Assembly (NCBI GenBank): GCA_965228735.1
Contig: OZ245838.1
Coordinates: forward strand, 1,920,001 to 1,984,000
DNA length: 64,000 nucleotides
Direction of reading: 5' to 3'
Source of the DNA: Planctomycetota bacterium
GTDB lineage: Bacteria > Planctomycetota > UBA1135 > UBA2386
Part shown: positions 17,127-27,989 of the stretch, piece by piece
Position numbering within the stretch: the stretch's first letter is position 1
How the letters are laid out: each line of letters opens with the position of its first letter
Translations under genes and position numbers: made by a program
The notes under the pieces: generated by a model
Databases searched by the model: none
What the model was told of the DNA's origin: nothing
The model's input: the letters and a program-made list of their open reading frames with translations, nothing else

Positions 17127-19931
17127 CTACCGCCTCTGCTCATGCGCAAGGGTCCGGATCCGCGGATCCGGGTCGAACGCGCCCTCGTGCACGAGCAGTC
17201 CGCACAGCCACAGCCGAGAATCACGCGTTGCCAACGCGCGGTACGCCGCCAGGCGAACGTCGGCATCCACGTGCGAGGTCTGGCGAACGATCCCCTGCTC
17301 GAGCCGTTCGGGCCACACCGCGAACTCGCCGGCGATCGTCAGGGCGCTGCAGCGAGTCGCATTCGATCCGGACAACAGACGACGCAACCACTCGACGCGC
17401 AGGTTCGGATAGATCTGGCGCAGCGTCGGCGCATCGACGTCGATGCCCGCGAGTGCGATCTCATGGGGCGTCGGCGGAATCCGCGCGTGCAGTCGCTCCT
17501 TCGGTCGTGCTCTGAGCTCGGCGGCGTTCGCGACCCTCCTGGCCTCGCCTCGCGCCGGCGAACCGTCGTTCCGCAGTCGCTGCAACAGCAACGGCAAATC
17601 AGGCAGCGGCAGGTTCTGCTCGAGCGCGCACCGTACGACCGCGGTCAGTTCACGCACGTCGACTTGTGCGGTCTGCCGCTCGACGACTTCGGCAGCGAGC
17701 GTGCGCCCCGCGTCACCGAGCTTGCCCGCGCGCCGGATCACCGCGAGGCCGACGTCGAGCACGGGTGAGACGCCGAGGACGCGCAAGGCCTCGAGGTCCG
17801 CCGCGGCGCTGGATGGTCGCGCCCTCGCGATCTGCTTCGCGAGATGGCGCCCCCAGAGTTCGACCGTCGTCAAGCTGGTCGGCAACAACGCGGCAAGCTG
17901 CGGCAGCGAACGCACGTCGTCGTCCAATGCGGCGACGACGAACTCCCGCGGCAGCACGCCGCCCTCCGCGAGTGTCACGAGCCGGTCGGACCGGCCCCTG
18001 CCGCGATGCCGCAGCGCCACCACAGCCGTCCGCCGCCGCTCACCGCCCGCGCGCCACTCTGCCGCGAGTTCTTTCGGCGCGAACAAACCGACGGCCGCGA
18101 GCGCGGCCTGGTCTCTCCCGGCATCGAGCACGTAGCGGGCACGGTCGGCGGGCACCTCGTCGAGCGTGCCGAGGTCCCGGAGCATGGCTCGACGCGCATT
18201 CGGTTCCGCGAGCATCGCGTCATACGACGACAGCAGTTCCGGCGGCACGCTGACGAAGAGGCCACGCATCGCGGCCTTCGCGAGTTCGAGCTCCGGGTCG
18301 TAATCGTGCTCCGCACGCGCCTCGCCAGCACGAACTCTCGGCATCACCAGCCCATGCAGTCGTTTCGCGTCCTCCGGCGACAGCGATGGGGCCGCTTGTG
18401 CGGCGCAGTCGAGCAGGAAACGCGATTCATAGCTCCGATTCTCGACACCGCGGCGAGCGCCCTGCCGGGCCAATCCGCGGGTCAGCGCATCTACCAAAGG
18501 GGCACCGATTGCACGCGGTCGCAGCCTGGCCAAGGCGTAAACGGCCTGCGACGCCAGGTTCGCGGGCGGCCCCACCGGCGGTGGCCCAACGCCGCAGAAG
18601 GCGAGTGTCGCGGCGAACGCCAGTTCGCCTGGTTCGTGCTCCAACGCTCCGACGGCGATCTCGGAGAGCCGGCGCCGCAGCGCGGGATCGTCGTCGATCG
18701 CCAGCGCCCGTGAAGCCAACTCCGCCGCGGCGACGGCCACACCGGCGTTCTCGTGATCGAGCAATGCGCGAACTACGCCCGACGAACGCCCCGCGACCTC
18801 CGGCGGCATCCGATCCAGGGAGATGAGACCTCGAAGCGCGCGTGCCGTCACGGCCGGGCTCTCGGCATTCACCGCGAACGCGAGCACCGCCATGAACTCT
18901 TCGGGGTGGAGCCGCGCCGCCGCCGCGAACCACTGTACCGCGGCGTTGTCCCGCTGCCGCCGTACCAGCTCCTTCAGCGTCCCCTGGGCCCGACCCGAAC
19001 CATCCACGACAGGGACCCTGGCCGCCGCCGCGATCAATGCGCGCGCCAGTTCACGGCGGACCGGTTTCGACAAGACGGCTGGCGATTCGAAGCCAGGAAC
19101 GAGGACCGTTAGCGTGCCGGCCTGCAGCTCGCGGAGCAAGCGGCGCGCCACCTCGTCGTTCAGCCGCGGGGGCGGCTCGATCTCGCTACCGAGCAGACGC
19201 GAGACCTCGGCCGGCGGCTCCCACTTCATGAGCCGACGCAGCGCCCAGCAAGCGCGCGCGCGCACGTGCGCGTCACCGTCGAACAATGCATCGCGGAGCA
19301 CGAACGGGCTGAGGCGGGGGAACCCGTTCCATACATGGGCTCGCACGAGGAATGCCGAACGCACGCGCGCCACGGCCGTGCAGTCGTCAGCATGAGCAGC
19401 CTGTCCCGCAACCGCCGCCCGATAGAGCGCGTGGCCGGACGCCCGCAGCCGGTCGCTCGGCGTGCGAAGCCAACGCTCGAGCAGCACGGGCGGGGCGTGC
19501 TGCGCCACCTGCTCGAGGTCGGCCCGCTCGCGCGCGTCGGCGTTGCTGTGCATCGGGACGACGGCAGACCAGAACCACCGACTGTGCGCGAGACCACGAG
19601 CCCAGGCCGATCGACGCTCCGGCCGCTCGCCCCAGGCTCGTTCGATGTCGGGCTGCCGCGCGGCCAGCGCCTGCTCGACGTTGCTCCATGCGCCCCAGTA
19701 GGACAACTCGGCCTGGTGCTCCGCGACGACAGTGAGCAACTCGTCGATCTCGGTTGCGTCACACAGTGACTGCAGATCCGTATCCGTGGTCGCCCCTCGC
19801 GCAGCGAGAAGGAGTCGGCCCCAGAGTTCCTCCTCCTGCGCCGGCAGTCGAACGAACCCACCGGCAACCAGGAGCACACCGAGCACCCGCCCGATGCTTC
19901 GATCGAAGCCTCGCCCGCTCATCACGGCCAT
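17127..19931 (-). CDS. Large secreted alpha-helical (HEAT-like) protein, paralogue 2
   Basis: Shares GPPPVGPPAN..SQA, SPFVLR.AL and CGLLVHEG..D.DPRIR.LA with its neighbour. Confidence 0.8.
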   Translation of the reverse strand: MAVMSGRGFDRSIGRVLGVLLVAGGFVRLPAQEEELWGRLLLAARGATTDTDLQSLCDATEIDELLTVVAEHQAELSYWGAWSNVEQALAARQPDIERAWGERPERRSAWARGLAHSRWFWSAVVPMHSNADARERADLEQVAQHAPPVLLERWLRTPSDRLRASGHALYRAAVAGQAAHADDCTAVARVRSAFLVRAHVWNGFPRLSPFVLRDALFDGDAHVRARACWALRRLMKWEPPAEVSRLLGSEIEPPPRLNDEVARRLLRELQAGTLTVLVPGFESPAVLSKPVRRELARALIAAAARVPVVDGSGRAQGTLKELVRRQRDNAAVQWFAAAARLHPEEFMAVLAFAVNAESPAVTARALRGLISLDRMPPEVAGRSSGVVRALLDHENAGVAVAAAELASRALAIDDDPALRRRLSEIAVGALEHEPGELAFAATLAFCGVGPPPVGPPANLASQAVYALARLRPRAIGAPLVDALTRGLARQGARRGVENRSYESRFLLDCAAQAAPSLSPEDAKRLHGLVMPRVRAGEARAEHDYDPELELAKAAMRGLFVSVPPELLSSYDAMLAEPNARRAMLRDLGTLDEVPADRARYVLDAGRDQAALAAVGLFAPKELAAEWRAGGERRRTAVVALRHRGRGRSDRLVTLAEGGVLPREFVVAALDDDVRSLPQLAALLPTSLTTVELWGRHLAKQIARARPSSAAADLEALRVLGVSPVLDVGLAVIRRAGKLGDAGRTLAAEVVERQTAQVDVRELTAVVRCALEQNLPLPDLPLLLQRLRNDGSPARGEARRVANAAELRARPKERLHARIPPTPHEIALAGIDVDAPTLRQIYPNLRVEWLRRLLSGSNATRCSALTIAGEFAVWPERLEQGIVRQTSHVDADVRLAAYRALATRDSRLWLCGLLVHEGAFDPDPRIRTLAHEQRR

Positions 19932-19967
19932 GATCTTCGACCGCTGTCCGAGCGCAAGGACCCGGGG

Positions 19968-20540
19968 CTACGGGACAACCCCTGCCGCCCAACCCTGTAC
20001 GTCAGGCACCACGGCGGCCAGCAGCTTCCGCACCGCGCGGATCCGCGACTCGTACAGATTGCTGTTCGCCAGCTCCCAACCCGACTCGCCGGCGTTGGAG
20101 TCGATCTCGTAGCTGCGCTCGAAGACCCGCCCGTCGTGGTCGATCGTCAGCTGCGCGTCGATCGTCAGCTGATGATACGACGGGCGATAGTGCGTGCCGC
20201 GGAACGCAAACGTCACGTGCACCGGCTCTGGGTCGGCCTTGCGCCCCTCGCGCATCGCCGCGAAGACTTCGAGACGAACGAGCTCACTGCGCAGCAGCTC
20301 CCCGAACTCGATCTGCTCCTCCGCTCCGAAGTTGGTCGTCTCGGACGGCAGCCTGTTGCCGCCGAACGGCACGATGACGGGCACCTCACTCGTCGCCACG
20401 CCCTTGACGAGCTGCAGCGTGGCGTCGACGCCGGTTCGCACACTCGGTTCGGCATCGAGCTTCACCGTGTCGAACGGAATCGGCGCGACGCAGCTGGCGA
20501 CCAGGGCGAAGAACAGGACGGGAGTTCGGACAACGCGCAC
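19968..20540 (-). CDS. Hypothetical lipoprotein
   Basis: Lipobox LVAS/C after a hydrophobic stretch. Confidence 0.7.
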   Translation of the reverse strand: MRVVRTPVLFFALVASCVAPIPFDTVKLDAEPSVRTGVDATLQLVKGVATSEVPVIVPFGGNRLPSETTNFGAEEQIEFGELLRSELVRLEVFAAMREGRKADPEPVHVTFAFRGTHYRPSYHQLTIDAQLTIDHDGRVFERSYEIDSNAGESGWELANSNLYESRIRAVRKLLAAVVPDVQGWAAGVVP

Positions 20541-20591
20541 AGCAGCAGTGCAGCGACAGTTGAGCAAACGCGCAAGGCGCCTGCCGCAGAT

Positions 20592-23306
20592 TCAACGAAG
20601 CGTCCGCGCCGGCCGCAGCCCCAGGTCGGCGATGTTCGTCCACTTGCTACGACGGTCGCGCTTCGCAACGCGCAAGTCCTGGGGTCGCGTCAGGTACGCA
20701 CCGCCACGAAGCTGCCGAAAGCCGGGATGGCCACCACTGTGCCGACCGTCCCCTGCGGCGTGCGGCACGGAGTACCCGACCGGGGTATCGAGGCACCATT
20801 CGCCGACGTTGCCGAGCATGTCGTGCAGTCCGAACGCGTTCGGGCGATAGCTGCCGACCGGGGCGACGTGCACGACGCCGTCGTCGAGAGCCCACGCCAC
20901 CGGGTTGGAGGCCGCGGTCGACGGCTCGTGCTGCATGTAGACCCGGTCGTAGCAGTTCACGGCGCCGGCCAGCGACGCGGGGTCGTCGCCCCACGGGTGA
21001 ATGGTGCTCGAGCCGGCTCGGGCCGCGTACTCCCACTGCGCTTCGGTCGGCAGCGTCAGTCCGAGCGCGCGGGTGACCTCGTCGCAGCCGACCCAATGCA
21101 CCGTTTCGACCGGATCGCGCGGCCCGAAATCGTTGAAGTCGTCGTGCGTGCCGCGCAACTGCCCGGCTCGGCGGCCCGTGAAGAACCGCCACTGCGCCTT
21201 CGTCATCTCGAACTTGGAGAGCAGGAACGGGTCGAGTTCGACCTCGTGAACGGGCCGCTCGATCGAAACGGACCCCGGATCGACGTTCGCCGATCCGGGC
21301 GGGTGACCCGCGTCCGGCAGCCGCGCTCCCATCCAAAACCGACCACCCGGCAACAGCACGAAGACGAGGCCCACGTCGTCGGTCAGGACCAACTCGCCGT
21401 CGTCGTCCCGTTCCGCAATTCGTCCCGTCTGCGGATGCCCGAACTCGTGGTATCCGGTCCGCGGATCGCGACCGAGCGGGACGAGCCCGATCTGCGGGGC
21501 GATCGCCAGGCCACCGTACCACGGACTGGTCTCGAGGTTCGCGATGTCCGCGACCACCTGCGACCAGAGCTCCGCGTGCTCGTCGATCGTGATGCGCGCC
21601 AGCCGCGGCACGATCTCCAACCACCGCGCCACCGTGTGGAGTGATCCCGACTCGGGATCCGAGAACTCGTCGCAGAGCGCGAGCACCCGAGTCAGGCTCT
21701 CGTGCTCCCATTCGTCCGCCGGGTCGGCGAAGCGCCATGGCTGCCCCACTTCGGCATCGATCTCGGCCAGCCGTCGTTCGAGCGCGGCGATCTCCTGCCG
21801 CTGCGCCGCCGTGGGAGTCGCCCCGAGTTCGGACCGCCGATGGTCCAGCCGGTGGCCGAGCTCGCGGCGTTCGTCCCAGGTCGGATGGCGCCGGCGATGC
21901 CGCTCGATGTCGGCCGCGACGTTGACGAGCGCCCGCCGGCGAACGGCTGCGAGCGCGCGGGCGTGCAGCGGCCGCCGCGCGACAGCCGCGCGCCCCTTCG
22001 CGAGCCAGACGCGCAGTGTGTCGGCGTCCGAAACGCGCGCCGCCGGGAGGTGGGCGAATTCGTTCTGCAGTTGCTCGATCAAGCGCCCATCGGCCAGTCG
22101 CCGGAGATCGCCCACGGTCTCGTCGAGCGCCCGGTTCTGCCGCAGCGTCGCCACGAACGCCACCACCACGGTGATGAACAACGCCGCCCCGAGTCCGGCC
22201 GGCAGCGGGTTGCGGCGCACGAACTTGCGGAGCCTGACCCACGCCGATGCCGGCCGCGCGACGATCGGACGATCGGCGAGCACGCGCCGCACTTCCGCCG
22301 CGAGTTCGGGCACCGAGTGGTAGCGGCGGCTCGGATCCTTGTCGATCGCCGTGGCAAGGACGACCGCGAGATCACCACCGAGGCGGCGATCGCGGCGTCC
22401 CAGCGGCACCGGCTCGGTCTCGACGATCGTGCGGGCCGCGGTCGCGACGTCGCGCCCGTGGACCTCGAACGGCAACTGGCCCGTGAGCAACTCGTAAGCG
22501 ATGACCCCGAGCGACCAGACGTCACTGCCGACAGTCACCTCGTCGCGACGCCCCTACACCTGCTCGGGGCTCATGTAGGCGAGCGTTCCGACCATGCGGC
22601 CGGCGTCGGTCAATCTCGTGCCATTGGCGCCGTCGCCGTCGATCGCACGCGCCACGCCGAAGTCGAGCACCTTGGGCTCGCCCGCAGCGGTGACCAGGAT
22701 GTTGTCCGGCTTGAGGTCCCGATGGAGCACACCTTTGTGATGGGCATGAGCGACGGCGTCGCAGATCGCAACGAACAGCTCGAGACGTTCGCGTCGCCCG
22801 ATCCGACGTTCGTCCACGTACTCGTCGAGCGGCTGCCCCTCGACGTACTCCATGGCGAAGAACGGCGCCACCCCGTCGCCGTCGCGATACGTTCCGGATC
22901 CGAAGACCTGCGTGATGCCCGGGTGCTGCAGGCTCGCGAGCGCCTCGACCTCGTACTCGAAGCGCCGCGCCAGCCCGGGCACCGTTCCGGCCCGCATGAC
23001 CTTCAGCGCGACGCGGCGGTTGGGTTGATCCTGGATCGCCTCGTAGACCACCCCCATCCCGCCGGCGCCGATGCGGCGCACGATCGTGTACTCGGCGATC
23101 CGCCCCGGCACCGCATTGCACTCGATCGCCATCGGCGTCGCCCCGATCACGTCGACCTCGGCATGGGCCAACAAGGATCGCACTTCGGCGAGCAACTCCG
23201 CGTCCGCGCCGCAACGTTGCTCGACCCAGGCCGCTCGCGCCGCGCGGTCGACGTCGAGCGCGGCGCTGACGACGTCCCAGGCCGTTCGGAACCGGCGGGC
23301 ATCCAT
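20592..23306 (-). pseudogene. Ser/Thr kinase-TM-FGE/SUMF1-domain fusion interrupted by one in-frame TAG (22554-22556)
   Basis: IGAGGMG, VALK, HRDLKPDN, DFG, then YMSPEQV*GRRDEVTVGSDVWSLG in the same frame. C-terminal FGE motifs LPTEAQWEYAAR and GLHDMLGNVGEW. Confidence 0.85.
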
Positions 23307-23310
23307 GCCG

Positions 23311-23883
23311 CTACTCCGCCTCGTCGGGTCGGAGCTCGCGCGCGAGCCAACCGCGCGCGATCGCGAGGTCCTTGTCGATCGTTCGTCGCGACACACCGAC
23401 GACCAGCGCGATCTCCTCACCCGTCATGTTCGCAAACACGTGCATCTCGAGAACGCGAGCCGGCCGCGGGTGCAGCCCGGCCAGCTGCTCGAGCAGGTCA
23501 TCGACGGCCAGAACGTCGAACGCGCGGTCGGGCACGGCCACGTCGCCGACCGTGATCGCGGCGCGCGGACCACCGCGCTTCTGCGCGTTGCGGCGGCGGG
23601 CATGATCCACGAGGATCTGACGCATCAGCCGAGCCGCCACGGCGGCGAACTTCGCCTTGTTCTCGAAGCCGCGCGCTTCGGCTCCGGCGAGCCGCACGTA
23701 GGCCTCGTTGACGAGCGCCGTCGGCTGGATCGACTGGGCGCGCTGCTCCCGCTCCAACAGCCGCGCCGCGAGATCGCGCAGCTCGTCGTAGACCAGGGGA
23801 ACGAGCTCCTCGGCCGCGCCGTCCTCGCCCGCGACCAGCAGATCGAGCAATCGATGCGTTCTGGCGTGTGGGGAATCGGACAT
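23311..23883 (-). CDS. ECF sigma factor, kinase-associated (TIGR02999-like) type
   Basis: LVPLVYDELR.LA, QPTALVNEAYVRL, MRQILVDHAR...KRGG; directly upstream of the kinase. Confidence 0.9.
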   Translation of the reverse strand: MSDSPHARTHRLLDLLVAGEDGAAEELVPLVYDELRDLAARLLEREQRAQSIQPTALVNEAYVRLAGAEARGFENKAKFAAVAARLMRQILVDHARRRNAQKRGGPRAAITVGDVAVPDRAFDVLAVDDLLEQLAGLHPRPARVLEMHVFANMTGEEIALVVGVSRRTIDKDLAIARGWLARELRPDEAE

Positions 23884-23998
23884 GCGGCGCGAGGCTCCAG
23901 GGCATTGTGCGCCGAATCGGCCGGGTTCGTGATTTCCGCTGCGCTTTTTCCGGGCCCGCGGCCGCATTGGGGGCGACGCCGACCCAACGGAACCCGAC

Positions 23999-26110
23999 AT
24001 GCCGATCTCTCCCGACCCGCGTAGCGCCCGCCGCCTCTCCCTGCACCTGCTCCCCTTGATCCTCGTCGGCGCGACAAGCTGCAGCGGCAGCGGTGGCTCG
24101 GCCCCACCCGCACGACACCCAGAACTCGCGATCGGCTTCCCCTCCGACGGCGCGGTCACGACCGCCCCGCAGGTCACCGTGCGTGGCATCGCATCCCAGC
24201 CAGTCACCGCGGTCGTCGTGGACGGACTGGCCGCGAACACCGCCGACGCGTTCCAGAACTGGCAGGCGATCGCGCAGCTCGGGCAGGTTCCGCGCCGGCT
24301 GGCGATCGAGTTCCAGACCGATCCCACGAGCCCCTTGTTGCCCGCAACGACCCTCGGACTGCGGCGGGTCGGCGGCTTGCTCGAAGCCCCGACCAGCATG
24401 GCGTTCGGCCCCGGGGGCCAAGCCGTGGTCTTCGACGACGCGATCGGCGCGCTGCTCGAGATCGACGTGCCGGGTGCCGGCAATCGCGTGGTCAGCGACG
24501 CCGAGCGCGGCACGGGCCCCGCACTCGGCAGCATCGGCGACGCGGTCTACGATCCGACCGGCACGGCGATCTACGCCATCGCCCCCCCGGATCGGGTCTA
24601 CGAGATCGACGTCGCCACCGGCAACCGAACGCTGTTACCCGATCCGACGACGGCCGGGTTGTTCTGGAACCCCGGGGCGCTCGCGCTCGACGCCGCCCGC
24701 AATCGTCTGCTCGTCGCGGGCGGGTTCTACAACGATCTGATCGCGATCGAACTCGATGCCGCGAGCCGCGGTCGCAGGACGCGCGTTTCGGGCAACGGTG
24801 CCGGGTCGGGGATCGCCCTGCGGCGGCCGGAGGATCTCGCGGTCGACGAAGTCGGCTCCCGCGCCCTCGTCGTGTGTGAGGACACGCAGAACGTCATCGC
24901 CATCGACGTGGTCGACCTCGGGCTCGGCGTCGGCCACCGCGAAGAAGTGCGCGGTGGATTCATCGAGCCGAGCGGGATCGCGATCGACCCGCAGACGCAA
25001 CGCGTCTACGTCGTCGACACCGGCAACAGCGCGCTGTACGAGCTGCCGAGCCTGGGCGGGTTGCGCATCGTCGCGGGCGGGTTTCAGAGCGCCGGCAACG
25101 GCCCGACGCTGATGCGACCGCGACGGGTCGACTTCGCACCAGGAGCCGTGAAGGCGACCGTTCTCGACACGACGGGCAACGCGCTCGTCGACGTCGACGT
25201 GGACTCGGGCGACCGTTCGATCCGTCACCGCCCGGGCGCGGCGACCGGCCCCGAGCCGATCGCACCCCGCGGCATCTGCCGCGACGTGGCGGCCCAGCGC
25301 GCCCTCCTCGTCGACCGCGCCCGCGCCATCGTCCTGGCCATCGACCTCGTGACCGGCGAACGCACCGTCTTCTCGAGCGGGCAGGTCAACTCGAGCGTCG
25401 GCACCGGCCCCGGGTTCGAGGCCCCGGCGGCGATCGCGCTCGACCCGACCCGCGGCCGGGTTCTCGTGACCGACCTCGATCACGTCATCGCCGTCGACCT
25501 GGTGAACGGCGATCGCACGGCCTTGACCGGAGCGCTCAGCGGGCAGGTGCCACCACAAGAGTTCGTGCATCTCGACATCGACGACGGTCAGACCGCGCTG
25601 CTGGCCACGGCAACGGAGCTGTGGACCCTCGACCTCGAAACCGGCCTGGCCGAGGTCGCGAGCTCGAGCATCCGCGGTGCGGGCGCCGTGTTCACCTCGA
25701 TCCACGGCATCGCCGCCGACCCGACGAACCGTCGCGCGATCGCCCTCGCGACGACGGCCACGGGCGACGGCCTGTTCGGCGTCGACGTGACCACCGGCAA
25801 CCGAATCCAGCTGTCCGGCGCCACGGTCGGCGGCGGTCCGCCGCTCAGCAGCGCACAGGCTCTGACGTACGATGCATCGACTGGCCTCGCGTGGGTGAAG
25901 AACGACACCAGCATCCTGACCGTTGCGACCGGCACGGGCGTCCGATTCGAGATCGCCGGGCCAGGTCGGGGCAACGGGCCGGCGCTGAGCCATGCCGCGG
26001 CAATGTGCTTCGGCGCGACGAACGACACCCTGCTCGTCAGTGCGAGCACGATTGCCGGGGTTCTCGCGATCGACCGACCGAGCGGTGAGCGCGTGTTGAT
26101 GTCACGGTGA
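23999..26110 (+). CDS. Lipoprotein with Ig-like domain and NHL/YncE-like beta-propeller repeats
   Basis: Lipobox GATS/C; repeats of ID..TG.R..SG...G.GP....P..IA.D. Confidence 0.8.
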   Translation: MPISPDPRSARRLSLHLLPLILVGATSCSGSGGSAPPARHPELAIGFPSDGAVTTAPQVTVRGIASQPVTAVVVDGLAANTADAFQNWQAIAQLGQVPRRLAIEFQTDPTSPLLPATTLGLRRVGGLLEAPTSMAFGPGGQAVVFDDAIGALLEIDVPGAGNRVVSDAERGTGPALGSIGDAVYDPTGTAIYAIAPPDRVYEIDVATGNRTLLPDPTTAGLFWNPGALALDAARNRLLVAGGFYNDLIAIELDAASRGRRTRVSGNGAGSGIALRRPEDLAVDEVGSRALVVCEDTQNVIAIDVVDLGLGVGHREEVRGGFIEPSGIAIDPQTQRVYVVDTGNSALYELPSLGGLRIVAGGFQSAGNGPTLMRPRRVDFAPGAVKATVLDTTGNALVDVDVDSGDRSIRHRPGAATGPEPIAPRGICRDVAAQRALLVDRARAIVLAIDLVTGERTVFSSGQVNSSVGTGPGFEAPAAIALDPTRGRVLVTDLDHVIAVDLVNGDRTALTGALSGQVPPQEFVHLDIDDGQTALLATATELWTLDLETGLAEVASSSIRGAGAVFTSIHGIAADPTNRRAIALATTATGDGLFGVDVTTGNRIQLSGATVGGGPPLSSAQALTYDASTGLAWVKNDTSILTVATGTGVRFEIAGPGRGNGPALSHAAAMCFGATNDTLLVSASTIAGVLAIDRPSGERVLMSR

Positions 26111-26200
26111 CCGGATCGGTCACCGGTGCCGCGGATCCACGCTCCCCGCCTCGTTCACCGGGATCCGACCGTCGCGCACATCGACCAGCACCCGTTCCGC

Positions 26201-27910
26201 TCAGCGCTGCCGTCGACCGCGGCGAGACTCGAAGGCACCCGCGTCCGGACGCGCCCCCCTTCGTTCGCCGTCCATGTCGTCGGCCACCGGGGCGGGCTTG
26301 CCATGATCGATCGCCGGCGAGCCCGGTCGCGGGCGCCAGTCCGTCGGTGAGGTGAATCGCGGGTCGACGCCGACGAGGTTTCCCGACTCGTCGTAGAGCG
26401 CGGCGTTGCCGTGCGCGATGACCGCGTTGTCGACGTTCGGGGCCCACATGAGGCAGTTGCGGATGGGAACCGGGTCACCCTCGTGCGCGGCGACGCTGCC
26501 CAGCCGGAAGTTGCCAACCGACTCGTTCATCGTGTGCGCGGTGCAGTGATAGATCGCACAACCGGCGGGCACCTGGCCCTCTCCGCGCTTCTGGATCTGC
26601 ACCCCATAGCGACTTCGCCGATCCGTTGCGTCGACGCCGAACGTGCAATTGCGCACGGTCATCTGCCGCCCCCATAGCATGATCGCCGTAGCAGTCCGGT
26701 CTCGCAGCGTGAACCGGCAGCGCTCCACGATGACGTCCCGGACCCGTTCATCGCGAGAGGGACTCGCGGTACCGAAGCCGCATCCCCAATCGCTCGTGAC
26801 CTCGATCCGGCAATCGCGGACCACGATCTCTCGACTGACGTCATCCGGATCGCCACCGAACGGTCGCGAGTGGGCCTTGATCACGTGCTTCTTCGCGCCG
26901 GAGCCAGCGAGCTCGCACCCGGACACCACGAGGCGCTCGGAATACGGGAAGCGCAGGACGTGCTGCTTCATCGGCTCCCGGCTCACGATGCGGCAATCGA
27001 GCCATGCGCCGCCGCGCGCGCTGAAGTAGCAACCGTACTCCCAGCTGTCCACGAACTCACAGTTCGCCACCGTTGCGTTGGAGTGCGTATCGACATCGAA
27101 GTAGTCCGGCACGCTGTCGCCCCACGACACCGCGGTCTCGAATCCGGTCCCGCGACAACGGTAGAGCAACACGTCCTCGATGCGGTAGCCGACCCCGAAC
27201 AGGTCGCCCGGCGTCTCGGCCGACGAGCGGAACGTGATGTCCGTCACCCGCAGATCCCTGCACTCCACCCGCCTGCCGCTGCCGAAGACCAGCAGCGCCC
27301 CGCCGTGGTTTGCCACGACGACCGGGTTGTTGTCGCAAAGACCACGGCCGTCCGCACGCGTGCCGACCCCGAACGCCCCCAGGATCCACGGTCCCGAGCC
27401 ACCCGAGACGGATGCCCGAGACGTTGCGGTGAAGGTGTCGCCCCGCGCCAGGAGGACGCGCTTGCCCGCCTCGAGGTGCGCGATCACCGTGTCGAAGGAC
27501 GACGTCGTTACGCGTTTCGCGCGGGCCGGTGCGCCCTGGAAGTCCTTGTCGTTCGAGCAGACGACCGTGTCCTTCCCCGCGAACACCTCGTTCGGGTCGG
27601 CAACGGTGATCCGCGTCGTTGCTGAAGAACTCCCGCCGCCTGGTCTGGTGACGGTCAACGACACCGTGTAGCGGCCCGGAAGATCGAAGACGTGCGCCGC
27701 GACGGGACCGGACGAGTCGCCGCCGTCGCCCCACTGCCACGCATAGTGCAGGTCGTGGAACGGGCGCTGCACGCCGTCGGCCGTCGTCCCGATCGCATGG
27801 AAGTGGACGGCCAGCGGCGCGACACCCGACGTTCGGCTGGCGGTCAACGAAACCGTCTGCGCTCCAACCGTGACGGCGAAGCAGAACAACGCCAGGGCAG
27901 CGCGCACCAT
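26201..27910 (-). CDS. Secreted PKD-domain + parallel beta-helix protein
   Basis: SGVAPLAVHF...YAWQWGDG...HVFDLPGRYTVSLTV (PKD), beta-helix repeats, SPAIDHG...D.DG.RR...PDAGAFE tail. Confidence 0.85.
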   Translation of the reverse strand: MVRAALALFCFAVTVGAQTVSLTASRTSGVAPLAVHFHAIGTTADGVQRPFHDLHYAWQWGDGGDSSGPVAAHVFDLPGRYTVSLTVTRPGGGSSSATTRITVADPNEVFAGKDTVVCSNDKDFQGAPARAKRVTTSSFDTVIAHLEAGKRVLLARGDTFTATSRASVSGGSGPWILGAFGVGTRADGRGLCDNNPVVVANHGGALLVFGSGRRVECRDLRVTDITFRSSAETPGDLFGVGYRIEDVLLYRCRGTGFETAVSWGDSVPDYFDVDTHSNATVANCEFVDSWEYGCYFSARGGAWLDCRIVSREPMKQHVLRFPYSERLVVSGCELAGSGAKKHVIKAHSRPFGGDPDDVSREIVVRDCRIEVTSDWGCGFGTASPSRDERVRDVIVERCRFTLRDRTATAIMLWGRQMTVRNCTFGVDATDRRSRYGVQIQKRGEGQVPAGCAIYHCTAHTMNESVGNFRLGSVAAHEGDPVPIRNCLMWAPNVDNAVIAHGNAALYDESGNLVGVDPRFTSPTDWRPRPGSPAIDHGKPAPVADDMDGERRGARPDAGAFESRRGRRQR

Positions 27911-27989
27911 GACCGCGAGCATACCGCGGAGTGAAGTTGCGCGCTCGCTGCTCCGGCGAGAGCAGCCGCGACCTCGGCGGTCGACGCCG

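Noticed and set aside
22554..22556. Genome-wide TAG recoding or pyrrolysine
   Set aside because: TAG ends several conserved genes at their expected ends (lpxC-fabZ, gnnA-like, L,D-transpeptidase), and no pyl genes are in the window.
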